DNA from: the human T2T-CHM13v2.0 reference genome, Homo sapiens
Length of the DNA: 64,000 nt
Assembly: GCF_009914755.1 (NCBI RefSeq)
Contig: NC_060936.1
Reading direction: 5' to 3' (one strand)
Part shown: positions 1 through 12,234 of the stretch, piece by piece
Numbering within the stretch: the stretch's first letter is position 1
Layout of the letters: each line of letters starts with the position of its first letter
Translations under genes and position numbers: made by a program
Notes under the pieces: model-generated
Told to the model about the DNA's origin: nothing
The model's database searches: none
What the model saw: the letters and a program-made list of their open reading frames with translations, nothing else

Positions 1-1079
1 TCTGGTTTTTAGAATTTTCAGCTTTTCTGCTCTGGTTTCTCCTCTTCTTTGTGGTTTTATCTACCTTTGGTCTTTGATGTTGGTGACCTACAGATGAGGT
101 TTTGGTGTGGATGTCCTTTTTGTTGATGTTGATGCTATTCCTTCCTGTTTGTTAGTTTTCCTTCTAACAGTCAGGTCCCTCAGCTGCAGGTCTGTTGGGG
201 TTTGCTGAAGCTCCACTCCAGACCCTGTTTGCCTGGGTATCACCAGCGGAGGCTGCAGAATAGCAAATATTGTAGAACAGAAAATATTGCTGCCTGATCC
301 TTCCTCTGGAAGCTTCGTCTCAGAGGGGCACCTGGCTATATGAGGTGTCAGTCAGCCCCTACTGGGAGGTGTCTCCAAGTTAGGCTACACGGGGGTCAGG
401 GACCAACTTGAAGAAGCAGTCTGTCTGTTCTTAGAGCTCAAACACCATGCTGGGAGAACCACTGCTCTCTTCAGAGCTGTCAGACAGGGATGTTTAAGTC
501 TGCAGAAGTTTCTGTTGCCTTTTTTTCAGCTATGCCCAGCCCCCAGAGGTGGAGTTTACAAAGGCAGGTGGGCCTAGTTGAGCTGCAGTGGGCCCCACCG
601 AGTTCAAGCTTTCTGGCTACTTTGTTTACCTACTCAAGCCTCAGCAATGGCGGACGCCCCTTCCCCAGCCAGGCTTGCCACCTTGCAGTTCTATCTTGGA
701 CTAGCAGTGAGCAAGGCTCTGTGGGCATGGGACCTGCTGAGCCATGCATGGGATTTAATTTCCTGGTGTGCCATTTGCTAAGACTGTTGGAAAAGTGCAG
801 TGTCTAGGTGGCAGAGTCCCAATTTTCCCAGTACAGTCTGTCATGGCTTCCCTTGGCTAGGAAAGGGAAATTTCCAGGCCCCTTGTGCTTCCTGGGTGAG
901 GCAATATCCCGTCCTGCTTCAGCTTGCCCTCTGTGGGCTGCACCCACTTTCTGACCAGTCCCAATGAGATGAACCAGGTACCTCAGTTGGAAATGGAGAA
1001 ATCACCTGTCTTCTGCATCAGTCACACTGAGAGCTGCAGACCGGAGCTGTTCCTATTTGGCCATCTTGGAATGGACCCC
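1..1079 (-). mobile_element. LINE-1 (L1PA6/L1PA7-like) 5'UTR and start of ORF1; element continues left of the window
   Basis: Colinear with the L1PA 5' end at 56105-56696. YY1 motif GGCCATCTT at 1059-1067 next to the G-rich 5' terminus. ORF1 ATG appears mutated to AAG (ctt at 44-46, versus cat in the other copy). Confidence 0.95.
647..850 (+). pseudogene. Frameshifted homolog of primate L1 antisense ORF0
   Basis: gcaATGG at 647 gives MADAPSPARL (ORF0 begins MAGAPPPASL). The C-terminal part, SEQGSVGMGPAEP...LLRLLEKCS, lies in another frame (ORF 490..807). Comparison is to the ORF0 sequence as I recall it. Confidence 0.7.
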
Positions 1080-1099
1080 GCACCTTCATTTAGATTTAA

Positions 1100-2000
1100 T
1101 TTATTGGACAACACAAGGCTATTAATGTTTTTTACAGCTGGCAGTGGGTTAAGGATGGATCAAAGAAAGAGAAGAATGAAAGATGAGGAGATGAGGAGAT
1201 GATTAGGAAACTAGGATTGTGGTCCAGGAGAAAGGCAATGAGAGGCTGAATTGAAGTGGTGATCATATAGATGGAAGTGGAGGGGACCCAAGGGGTAGAG
1301 TAAAGGAGACAACATGGGGCTTGGCATCTCACTAATCCAGGGTTAAGAAGAAACCACAGAAACTTCCAAGGTTATTAGTTTGGACTGGGAGAATAGTGGT
1401 CTCATTGATTAGATATAAGGAAGTCTCAAGGCTCAGCTAGCTTCAGAAGAAGGTGTTGGGTTTGGTTTGGGCATAAGAAATTTGAGAGGACAGCAGAGGC
1501 TCAGACTGAAGGAAAATTGGGAAGCCACTTGTCTTCAACAGTCACAACTGTGGGGGTGAGAGATTCTCAAGTAACGTCTTTAAGGAGAGCAGAGACCCCT
1601 TGAGTAACACCTATTTCTAGGCGCACAGAGGAGTCAAAGAAGCAGAGAAGGAAAGTGAAGAGAACGAAGAGAACCAGTATAAAGCAGGGCAGGACGTCAA
1701 GGGAAGGACAAAGTTTTAACCTCAAATACCAGGGAAGTCAAAGAGGACAAAAATTGTAGCAAAGCTATGGCATTTGGTGATTAAGAAGAAATGTTATTAA
1801 AGGGCAATTTTAATGGCGTACTGGAGACAGAAATCATATGTTTAGGTGTTATGATATGATTAGATCATGAGGGCAAGGAGACCACGAAGATAAATAATTT
1901 TTAAAAACATTACTAATCAGTGCAAGAAGAGGATTAACAGGATCAAAGGAAGCCTTTGGTGTTTTGATGGTTTTAGGAGGGGTTGTTTTGTTTAGAATGG
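1100..2000 (-). mobile_element. Degraded L2 LINE fragments
   Basis: Purine-rich tract with L2-like phrases (ggtccaggagaaaggcaatgagaggctgaa; ggcatttggtgattaagaag); boundaries approximate. Confidence 0.5.
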
Positions 2001-2886
2001 GAACATTTAAGCACAGGCTGTGAGGAATACAGTGATGAGGAGGGACTAGGATGAAGGAAGTTTGTCCACACTGGAATCCTCGACTATGTAGCTGAGTTCA
2101 GATGGTTAAGTTTAATCCCACTCATCATTTTACTCAGGTATAATGGTTTAGCTCCAGTGTTCCACTATTCCATTTGAGAACATTTACAGTATATTGCCTT
2201 AAAGAACAAAAACATAATGAGAATGCTTCCAAAATATGATTGAGAAGTAAAGGATTGACTCCCTTTCTCTTTCTCATACACATACGTACACACACACAGT
2301 CATAGCCATGAGTACTGCTAAAATATTTATTTGATTTTATTTTTCCAGTCAAGTGGTCTTGGAAAATGAACCTGATCCCATTTCCTTAGAGAGCAATAGC
2401 AATGCATTCAAAAGTTAGATTAGAATGGACCTCATTTTATGCCAGTCTGATTTAAATGGTTCTTTATACACTTGGATTTCCTTTGCTTGCCAGTTCTGAT
2501 CCATAACATTTCCTCTTTGGTTGCTTTCTCTTTATTCTGTGTGGTGGAATTTAAGAGTAAACTTCTATCCATTGGAGTATTTTCTTCATGGAACAGCAAA
2601 AAATTTCCATCCAGGGATAGAGTGCTTATTAAGCTTGTTTTACCATCTTAGCCTTTAACATAATTGTACCTATTCAAAGGTTTTTGTGTGTGTTCAGTGA
2701 AGTAGAGGGCTTTTCACTGCCAACTAAAGAAATAAGAAAAATACTGTGGCTTTAGATGGAGAGATAGCAAAATTAAATTTTTTTAGATTAACTCAAATGC
2801 TTCTTGTTAAAACAAATGAATGAACAATCTGGAAAAAAGTATATCATTTCCTACAATTAACCAGTTCTATCTGAGTCTCTAAGGTC

Positions 2887-2889
<3 letters not shown>

Positions 2890-2930
<41 letters not shown>

Positions 2931-2934
2931 GCGC
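2890..2934 (+). repeat. (CA)n(CG)3 microsatellite, Z-DNA-prone
   Basis: About 19 CA units followed by gcgcgc. Confidence 0.97.
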
Positions 2935-2999
2935 TCCCACTGTCAACAACACTGAACCACTACTCACAGCCTGGATGGAATTCACTGTGGATTTTACAC

Positions 3000-3242
3000 T
3001 TTTAGGCTTTGGACCATCTCTGTCCCTTTTTCTAGACTTCTTTCTTTTGATATCTGCCTAACAAACTCCTACTGCTATTCAAGGCTTAGGTCAAGCAATT
3101 TTACATCTAGGAAACCTTTGCTGAGTCACTCAGGTAATGTAAACTCGCATCAGATCTTATTTTTATCTTCACCACTGTTATCTGCTTGTTGTATGCCCAG
3201 TATCTAGCATGGTGCCTGAATCCCTTTGGCTGAATGAATGAA
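3000..3242 (+). mobile_element. L2 3' end
   Basis: Ends ...ggtgcctgaatccctttggctgaatgaatgaa, the typical L2 (TGAA)n tail. Confidence 0.65.
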
Positions 3243-3360
3243 GCTCTGATGAACTGATCTAAATGCAGGGAAACAGAAAAAGGAGTCTAGAGCTGGAATG
3301 ACTTTATATATATATATATTTTTAAATGTCCCCCGTGTATAGAGTTTAAAGGCTACCATA

Positions 3361-3842
3361 TGTGATAGGTTGAATAATGGCCCCAAAGACATCTAGGTCT
3401 TAATTTCTGGAACCTGTGAAAGTTACCTTATATGGCAAAAGTGACTTTCAGATGTGAATAGATTAAGGATCTTGAGGTAAGGTGATCTCCTGCATTATCT
3501 GAGTGGGTCCTGTGATGTAGTCTCAAGTGTTCTTATAGGCAGACAGAGGGAGATCTGCTAGAAGAGGAAGAAGGCAATGGGATGATGGCAGCAGCAGGAG
3601 AAAGAGCAATGTCATGAGCCATGGAACGAGGACAGATTCCAGAATATAGGAGAATGCAGTGAAAGGGATTGTCCCCTGGAAGCTCTGGAGGAAGTGCAGC
3701 CCTGAAGACACCTTGATTTCAACCCAGTGAGACACTTGTTTTGGACTTCTGACATCCAAAACCTTTAAGAGAATAAATGTCTGTTGTTTTAAGGCATGAA
3801 GTTGGTGGTAATTTGTTATAGTAGCAACAGAAAGTCAATGCA
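3361..3842 (+). mobile_element. ERVL-MaLR solo LTR (MLT1D-like)
   Basis: TG...CA ends; tgtgataggttgaataatggccccaaaga start; AATAAA at ~3772; flanks ccata/ccaca (near-perfect 5-bp TSD). Confidence 0.85.
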
Positions 3843-3924
3843 CCACACAGATCCTGTTCTTCTTCTAGACTTTAAAGCACTCTTATTGCTGGTTCTGACA
3901 TGACGGGTAGAAATGAAATCAAGA

Positions 3925-4105
3925 TAAGCTTAGGAACCAAAAGACCTGTGTGTGTTTTGACTCTACCGTTTTTTAGCTAGATCTTTTAGTGGGAATCACT
4001 GGGCCTTGGTTTCCTGAGGTTAAAACAATACCTGATCAATCTACTTCTTGCAGTTGTTATGAGCATTATATGGCATAAATTACACAAAAGCATTATGTAA
4101 ACTGC
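3925..4105 (+). mobile_element. MIR SINE
   Basis: Degraded MIR core (ccttggtttcctg...gttgttatgagcattata). Confidence 0.5.
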
Positions 4106-5305
4106 AACAAAAATGTTAACTCTATGATCATGACTTACTTCTTTGGACCTAGGAATTGAAGGCTTCTGGCAAAATGTAAATGAGCCTCATTTGATAATTA
4201 ACATTGTAGTGCAGTGCTCTGAATAGTGTCTGGCACATAAAACCTTATGCATATTTGTTAAGGGAATTAAGAGATGATTGAATGCATGCATAAATTAAAT
4301 TAGCTTATTAGAAAAAATATTTAATATCAATAGAATCTTGCTGTCAACAGGTCATAGGAAAAGTAAACATTGGAAAGACTTTCACTTTTTTCACAGAACC
4401 CCACCTATGAAAGAGATGGATGATGTGGGAGGAGGGTGTGGAGTCTAAAGGGGCTCCTTTAGAAATGGGATTCAAGCAGATTCCTAAATACAGCTGGCAG
4501 CTGAGGGGCAACTAAGGGAGAAGATAGGCGGAAGCATTGGGAGAGGAGACAGAAGGACAAAGGGAAAAGCAGAGAGGAGTATCATGGACAAAGGAAGAGA
4601 GTGGTTTCCAAAATGAAGGAGAATGATTATTAATGTCAATTGCTGCTGGTGGGTAAAAAAAAAAAGTATCTAAAAAAAGTGTCCATTGGGTTTATCAAGA
4701 CAAGTCATCAGTCGCCAGTGGGAGTAGGGAGACTGACTGAAGGGTGGGGTAAGCGATGTCCTCTTTTTTTTCTGTCTATTCCTTGTTAAGCTTCCTACGC
4801 ATTTTTCTAGTTCTCTTGTGGCCTCATCAGTTGCTTCTTCTGCTTCATTTCCAACTTCTCTTACTCTTGCCTCCACCAGCCCTGGAGATTTCTATAGCTC
4901 AGTTCTCGGTACTGAGCACAGACACATTCCCTTGATGAGCTCCCTACAACCCAAATCCTCAATTACCAGGTATCTGGGTGACACCTTAAATGCTGACCTC
5001 CAGCTCAGCACATCTGGAGAAGCTGCTTCTCCAGACATCTTGCAGAGTAGTCATCCATGAACTGAGTTCAAGATTAGAGTTTAATCTACCCTCCAAGATA
5101 CTATCACATGCAATAGACTTTGTGCCTATTCCTTTTGGGGTGTTTTCCTCCTAAAGTTAGTTTTCAGAAACCCAAAAGAGAACAGTATTTCTCTTCTGTT
5201 AACAGAGGTTAACTGCGGTAGAACAGACTTGGCAGATTGCAGAGTCTAGCACCTTGGGAGACAGAATCAGACTTGAAAGTGTGCTTGGCAAATAGGGAAA
5301 GTGGC

Positions 5306-5692
5306 TATATTAGTTTGCTAAGGCTGCCACAACAAAGTATCACAGACTGGGTGACCTAAACAACAGAAATTTATTTTCTCATACTTCTGGAAACTGGAAG
5401 TCCAAGACCAAGGTATTGTTAGGTTTGGTTTGTTTCTTCTGAGGCTCTTCTTGGCTTAAAGATGGCCATCTTCTCCCTGTTTTCACACTGTCTTCCCTCT
5501 GTTGATGTCTGGGTTCTAATCGCCTCTTCTTATAAGGTCATTAGTCATATTGGATTAAGGCCCAATCTAATGACATCATTTTTAATTAATTACCTTTGTT
5601 GAGACCCTATCTGCATCACCGTCACAATCTGAGGTACTGGGGGAAAGGACGTCAACCGATAAATACAGGGGGGCACAATCCAGCCTGTAATA
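5306..5692 (-). mobile_element. ERVL-MaLR solo LTR (MLT1A/B-like)
   Basis: tatattagtttgctaaggctgccacaacaaagtatcacagactgg start; exact 5-bp TSD GTGGC at 5301-5305 and 5693-5697. Confidence 0.9.
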
Positions 5693-6025
5693 GTGGCCAA
5701 ACAAAATGAGGCTCAGCTAAAAGGGAGAAATTTAGGTAGCAGAACAAGCTTCTTGCTCACGAGATGAGAGATGGGGATGGGTGAATGCAGAAGATGAGGT
5801 CATTGTGGGTCACATGCTGACCATGAGTCAGCAACATGGTGCAGTAAAACACATGAGCACAATTCCTGGATATAGAAATAGGAGAAGCAGAGTAGAGTGT
5901 GTGAGGTAATTCAGTTCCCTTTGCAGTAATTGGAAGCACCTTTCCAATTCTGAACTCCAAGCCAGAGAAGGTTGTGAAGATTCTGGACAACGTTCAGAAG
6001 AGAGCCATATAGCAGAACCATATCC

Positions 6026-6342
6026 TTTTTTTAATTTTTTAATTTTTTTTTTTGAGACATGGTCTCACTCTTTACTCTTGTCGCCCAGGTTGCAGTAGAG
6101 TGGCATGATCTGGGCTCACTGCAACCTTTGCCTTCCAGACTGAAGCGATCCTCCTGCCTCAGCTTCCTCAGTAGCTGAGATTCAGGTGTGTGCCACCACA
6201 CCCAGCTAATTTTTCTATTTTTGGTAGAGACAGGGTTTCAACATGTTGCCCAGGCTGGTCTCAAACTTCTGAGTTCAAGCGATCTGCCTGCCTTGGCCTC
6301 CTAAAGTGCTGGGACTACAGGTGTGAGCCATGGCGCCCAGCC
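6026..6342 (-). mobile_element. AluJ-type SINE
   Basis: Poly-T followed by a full dimeric Alu with J-type features (ggtctcactc, gatcctcctgcc, ttgcccagg). Confidence 0.93.
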
Positions 6343-6514
6343 TAGTGTCATAAATTATTTCTTAATAATTAGAACTTGAGTTGTCATAACAAAATATTAA
6401 CAGTGTAAGTTGTTAAAACTGGAGTTTACTAAAGTAGATTTTTTAAAAATAAATTATTCTTTATTTCAGTGATTTTAGTATGATTCTGCCTAAAGTTATA
6501 TGTGGAAGATCATT

Positions 6515-6672
6515 ATTCACTCATGTATATTCAACACACATTTATTAAATGCCTACCAGGTAGCAGGCACCATTCCAGACCCAGTGGTGAACCAATTAAG
6601 TTCCTGTCCTCATGAAGTCTACTTCTAGTAGGGGAGACAGACTATACCTCACCCTCCCACCCCGACACACAC

Positions 6673-6706
<34 letters not shown>

Positions 6707-6830
6707 GTGAGATAGTGAGAAGGCTTATGAAGTAAATCAATAAAGCAGGGTAAGAGAAAGAGGGTAACATAGCTGACTATTTTTAGACAGGGTGGTAGGG
6801 GAAGTCTCTAAGAAAAATATTTAATTATTA
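6515..6830 (-). mobile_element. L2 3' fragment containing a (CA)n tract (~6665-6703)
   Basis: attcaacacacatttattaaatgcctacc...cctgtcctcatgaagtctacttctagtagggg. Confidence 0.65.
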
Positions 6831-6934
6831 TTATTGATGAATCAATAATAATAGTCAATATTTATTTAGGCAGACATTGTGCTAAGCTTTGTATCATTTA
6901 ATCCTTGCAATAACTTATTTTACAACAACTCAAC

Positions 6935-7625
6935 AATAAAAAAGAATGAACTATTGACACACACAACAACCTGGATGAATCTCCAAAGAATTATGTTGAG
7001 TAAAAAAAGCCAATCCCTAAAGGTTACATACTGTATGATTACACTTACGTAACATTCTTGAAATGACAAAATTATGGAAATGAAGACAAGATTCAAGTTT
7101 GTCAGAGGTTAAGGAGGGGGCAGAGTAGAAGGGAAGTGGATCCTGGTGGTGATGGAAATGTTCTGTATCTTGACCAGATCAATATCTATAACCTGGTTGT
7201 GATATTGTACTGCAGTTTTGTGAGATGTTACCATTGGGGAAAACTGAGTAAAGGGTATGGGGGATCTCTCTGAGTTATTTCTTAAATTGCATATGAATCT
7301 ACAATTATTTCAAAATAAAAAGGCCACGTATGTTATGATTTCCCTTATATAATAACATTCTGGAAAAAAAGCGAAACTATAGGGACAGAAAACAGAGTTC
7401 TGTTTCCCAGGAGCTGGTGGTGAGGTTGACTTGTAGCTGACTACAAAGGGGCACAAGGTGATTCTTTGGAGTGACAGGAATGTTCTATATCTTGAATCTA
7501 GTGATAGTTACATAAACATGGGATTATCAGAACTCAGAACTGTACACTAAAAAGGATGAAGTATACTGCATGTAAATTATACCTCAATATAATTTACATT
7601 ATGTAACTCAATATAGCTGTTTTAA
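6935..7625 (+). mobile_element. Two abutting old L1M 3'UTR fragments (L1MC-like, then L1MB/ME-like)
   Basis: aaaaagaatgaactattg...acaacctggatgaatctc...gttacatactgtatgatt; second piece ends tgtaaattatacctcaat. Confidence 0.75.
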
Positions 7626-8789
7626 AATAAGGACTAATTTATTTCACAAAGGAGGAAATGGAGACTCAGAGAGGTAAAATAACTTTCTCAATAACTTACA
7701 CGTCTAGTAAGACTCAGAAGCTCTGAGTCAGCCTTGCTCTTTCCCTAGCTGCTAATATTGACTTTAATTAGCTATAGTATTTAATGTTAATGTTAACTTT
7801 ATGCTGAGGCCCTGATGGGCACAGAGTTTATGTTTATTCACTTTAGTGGGTAGTGCCTAGGTAACAGGTGAATTTTACAGAGCTCCAGTGTCCCTGTGCA
7901 GTCTTGGGTACTATCTGCCTCTTGGTTCTGAGGTGCCACCAAAACCAGACACTTCACTGACATCAGTCAAACCTATAAGGCAGGTGTCTACTGTAGACAA
8001 GAGGGGGATGTGATCTCTTGGACAAGTGGAGGGGTTGGCCTTTAGCAGGAGAATGGGCAGCTTATCCGTGGTAATAGAGGGAAGGCAGGGTACACAGACA
8101 CAGAGGCAGGTGACAGGTATAGGTGGTGGGAGCTTGCAGAAGAGCCCATCTGATGGTTTCTATTTTTCTAGAGAGTGAAAATGGGGAAGGGGGGACAAAG
8201 AAAAACATTTGAAACAGTAAGAATTGATAGATATTTCCTTAACATAATAAAATGATCTTCTTTCTTTCAAAAGTTCACCACGCTTAACAGAAAATGATCA
8301 TGATGGGAAGACAGACAAGAAACTCTATCAATTGCAATGCCACGTGATACACAGGTAAATAATATTAATCTTGATTGATGGTGTGTGAGGCCACAGAAAG
8401 GAGTGGTTTATTCTTCTTGCATGAGGCAAGAGATTTTGCAGAGCAGGTGAAATCTGAAGAAGTACTTGAAGGATACAACAGTAATGAAGATGCACTGTTC
8501 TATGTATTTAATATTCATAAGGGTCCTGTGAGAGGTAGGTGTCGTTGTTGTCCCCATTGTACAGGAAAGGGGTTGATGTACAAGCTCACACAGCCAGTGT
8601 ATGCAGTGCTGACACAAACTTATCTCATCTGACCCCTGAGCCTGCTCTCTCAATTATTTCCCCAATCTCTACTTTTTCTGACAATTATCCCCAAAATTTA
8701 AAAACTGCTTTTGTAACTTCCTATTTGTCTCTCTGTGGTTGTATGTGTGTCAGAGAAGTGTGGGATTTTACTCACAATGGACATTTTGA

Positions 8790-8966
8790 TTGATCTCAGC
8801 CAAGCCTGCCCATTAGTCAGTAGGGGAGCTTTTAGAAAGTTCCAAGTGCCAGGCTATACCCTTGGGAATTCTGATTTAATTGCTCTTGATTGGAGAGCAG
8901 GCATCAATCTTCTTAGAATCATTCGTCAGGTGATTCTACTGTGCAGCTGCAAGTGAGGACCACTCA
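8790..8966. mobile_element. MER5-type hAT-Charlie MITE
   Basis: attctgatttaattg...ggcatc...caggtgattctactgtgcagc...gaggaccact motif order. Confidence 0.65.
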
Positions 8967-9624
8967 CTCAGGTGAAAGAAAAGGGTTTTAAGGGACAGAT
9001 AGAAGAATTTGATACTTGCAGTACCTTAGTGATACTTGCAATACCATTGCTTCGGGTTAAGAATTTTCTCCTCAAAATGTAGATTGCTCTTTAGGTTGGA
9101 GCAACATGTTAAGACTCTACAAAGACCTTAGTGGGAGTGATTTTATAATTCTCCTTTCTCCTTGTGATGAGACTGTGGGAGGGGCTGGCATTAGCACATT
9201 TAGGCCTGGAAAGGAAAGGGAACATAGGAATCGGAGAAGCCAAGGTTGAACAGAAAACAAGAATTTACTCTATACTTGGTAAAAGAATTTAACATCAATT
9301 TGAATACTAATAATTTAATAATTGACTTCAAGACCAAACCAACTGCTAAAATGATCTAATTAATGATAAGCCTAAATAAGCTTCAACATCATATTTTGGC
9401 TAGTAAAGTACAAAGATGGCTAAGCTATGAGCTTCTTGCCTTATCCATGGTACATGGCACAGTACTTAAAACCTAATAGCCATTCACTGAATTTCACTGA
9501 ATGAGTGAAATTCATCAACTGACTTAATCAATGTGAAACGATTTGCCGCAAAATAGGAAACAGGTTTGGTGATGGGTTAACAGTCTTTGCCCTGCCATTG
9601 TAAGAGCATTCTATAATATGCTTC

Positions 9625-9799
9625 AATTTATTTACTCATTTCCCCATTCAGTGACATTTAGATCATTTTCAATTTCTTTACTGTTAAAAAAATACTGCAA
9701 AGAGCACCTTTGTATGTGTTTGCCTGTGTACTTGTACAGGAGTTTCTCTAGAATATATCTGTAGAAGTAGAATTGCTGGGTAAGGGATACATGCTTTTC

Positions 9800-9800
<1 letters not shown>
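9625..9800 (-). mobile_element. Old L1ME 3' fragment
   Basis: gagtttctctagaatatatctgtagaagtagaattgctgggtaagg. Confidence 0.6.

Positions 9801-9801
<1 letters not shown>

Positions 9802-9857
<56 letters not shown>
9802..9857 (+). repeat. Compound (CT)n(AT)n microsatellite
   Basis: Directly visible. Confidence 0.97.
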
Positions 9858-11394
9858 GTATAGCTAACTAGTTTTCCAACTTTCTACTCCAAATAAAACA
9901 AAAAACAAAACCTAAAGGAAAAGATTATCAATTTGACTTAAAATGTAAAAGTTCTATACGCAAAACATACAACAAAGTTAAAACACATTATAGCCCTTTT
10001 CACTTCTTTCCAGTGCATGTTAAATGCACCATAAACAAACTTCAATTTCTAAGTTTGCCTTTTGTAATCAGTTCACAAGACAGTTGAGAGAGGCCTGGGC
10101 CCTCTTTTCTTGCCTGCATTTGCTCTGTGAAGTTTGAGAGAGTTTTCCCATCTTCAGATGGTTCCTCAGGGCAGCCTGGCTGTTGGTAGGCAGGCTGTGA
10201 TCCAGGAAAGAATGATCTAAGACTGCAGGTGCTTGTTCTGCCATTTTCCCAAAGCCAATTCCCAGTGCTCCGTGGGCAGGACGGCAGGTGGGGCTGGAGC
10301 CCACACAGCCATCTCTGTCTCTCCCTTCTCTGCTCATCCCCCAGGGATGGACTAGTTTTGGCAAAATGGATGGTCAAGCTGTCTTGGGCATAACTAATGC
10401 GAAATAATTCTCACCAAGACTGATCACAGATTTGCCAATTGTTCCTTTTTTGAAACATTGGTTATGAGACTTTTATCCTACATGTAAATTCTGGCTTTAA
10501 TAACTCAAGAGTTTGAATAGAAGTGCCCAGCCCTTCAAGGGAATCCTTTGAACTTAGTATCTCCAAAAGCCTTAGCTTTATAAATATTCAGATGCACAAT
10601 ATATACATATGTGACCATGTTATTCCATAATTTAGATTCTCTTTTAACTCTGCTTTAAATTTGAGTGTACTACACTAAAAGAACAAAAAGGGACTAGCTA
10701 CTGTCATAGTTTAAGTTACAACAGAGCTGCTCTTCCAGAAGAAACTGTGTTTTCCCACAAGTGATTGCGTTTTAGATGGAATAGCAACACCATCAGTGAT
10801 TCCCCATGCAATGTTTTCAAAGGGCATTTCAACAAAAAAAGGCCTTTTTTAATGTTAACGGAACTCCACAGTTTTCTAATTCCATTTAATTCTGTTCTCA
10901 ATTCCAATTTTCACAGTTAGCAAAACAAATTTTATAACTTACAAAATTATAAAATATACTTTTAAAATACAAGTATTTTAAATATATAATTTCTATAATT
11001 TTAAAATGATAAATTTCTAGTTTCTTTTTTGTTGTTTCTCTGAAGGATGAGAAAGGTGGTAAAGTATACCTTTTCAATATAAATGCTTCTTTTCTTCAAC
11101 AAGATAGGAGTACATTTTCTAGCTTTTCTTGCCACATCAAAAACTCTGCTGCTATTATGTGACTCTTCCACGTGTCTATGATCCAGGTATACATGAGTTT
11201 CTCACAGAGCAGGGCCAGTTTTCTTTTCTATGAGCTGATTTTCTTTCCTTAGGTTGAACTTGAAAGTGCTAAACTGAGCACCGCAACTTCAGGCACTGGG
11301 TCCCCGCTTCTCTCCTAAAGCCTCCTGTGGATTGTACTCCACTCCGTAGCTACTACTGTTTAGCTTCCATGTCTTCATTTGCTCTATTAATGTC

Positions 11395-11625
11395 AATATC
11401 TATGAATTCTTGCCACATGTCAAGTGCTTTATACGCGCTCTACCATCGTTCTATCATAATCCCCACCAACACTATGCAATAGGTGTGTTACCCCAACTTT
11501 ACAGATGGAGAGAAACCAAAGCAATCAAGGCTTCAGTAACTTGTTGAACATAGTCTGGTAAGTGGCAGGGAAGAGATTCAAACCCAGGTGAACTGACATC
11601 AGACACTGGGCTCCTAACTACTGTC
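11395..11625 (-). mobile_element. MIR SINE
   Basis: ccccaactttacagatggagagaaacc...gtaagtggcagggaagagattcaaacccagg. Confidence 0.7.
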
Positions 11626-11798
11626 CTTATCTGCTGTCTTCATCTCTATTCATTAGCTGTTGACCTTCACAAGAGGAAGTTTCTTCTGATTTGGTCACTG
11701 GAGTATTCCAAGGGCCTAGAACAGTGCCTGGCTTAGAGTTAACACATGTTAACTAATAACCGCATCTATTAACATGTTAATACATTGGCAGGGGTAAC

Positions 11799-11967
11799 TT
11801 TTTTTATTTAGAGAGAAAGAGAGACAGGGTCACACTCTGTCACCCAGGCTGGAGTGCAGTGGCATGATCATGGCTCACTGCAACCATGAACCCCTGGGAT
11901 CAAGCAATCCTTACACCTTAGACTTCCAAAGTGCTGGGATTACTGATGTGAGCCACTGCACCCAGCC
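11799..11967 (-). mobile_element. Monomeric Alu (FRAM-like or arm-fusion AluJ)
   Basis: About 170 bp with a left-arm 5' end and a right-arm 3' end. Confidence 0.85.
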
Positions 11968-11984
11968 ACGTAGTTTTTAAAACA

Positions 11985-12195
11985 AATTTTATTTTAAATA
12001 TTTGATTAACAAATAAGGGTTGTATAGATTCAAGGTATATAGCATAATATGATATACGTTTAACTTGTGCAATAATTACCACAATCAAATTAATAAACAC
12101 ATTCATCACCATTCATGCTGTGCCTTAGATCCCTAAAACATGTTTATATTATATCTGAAAGTTTGTATCGTTTGACCAACACCTCCTCATATTTC
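11985..12195 (-). mobile_element. L1MA8-like 3' end
   Basis: accacaatcaaattaataaacacattcatcacc...ctgaaagtttgtatcgtttgaccaacacctcc. Confidence 0.7.
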
Positions 12196-12234
12196 TTAAA
12201 TGAATAATTCTGTTTCCCTATTTTTCCTTTCAGT

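Noticed and set aside
10042-10377. 111-aa and 98-aa minus-strand ORFs as a small gene
   Set aside because: Non-ATG starts, no recognisable homology and no clear splice context; length is within chance for GC-richer DNA.
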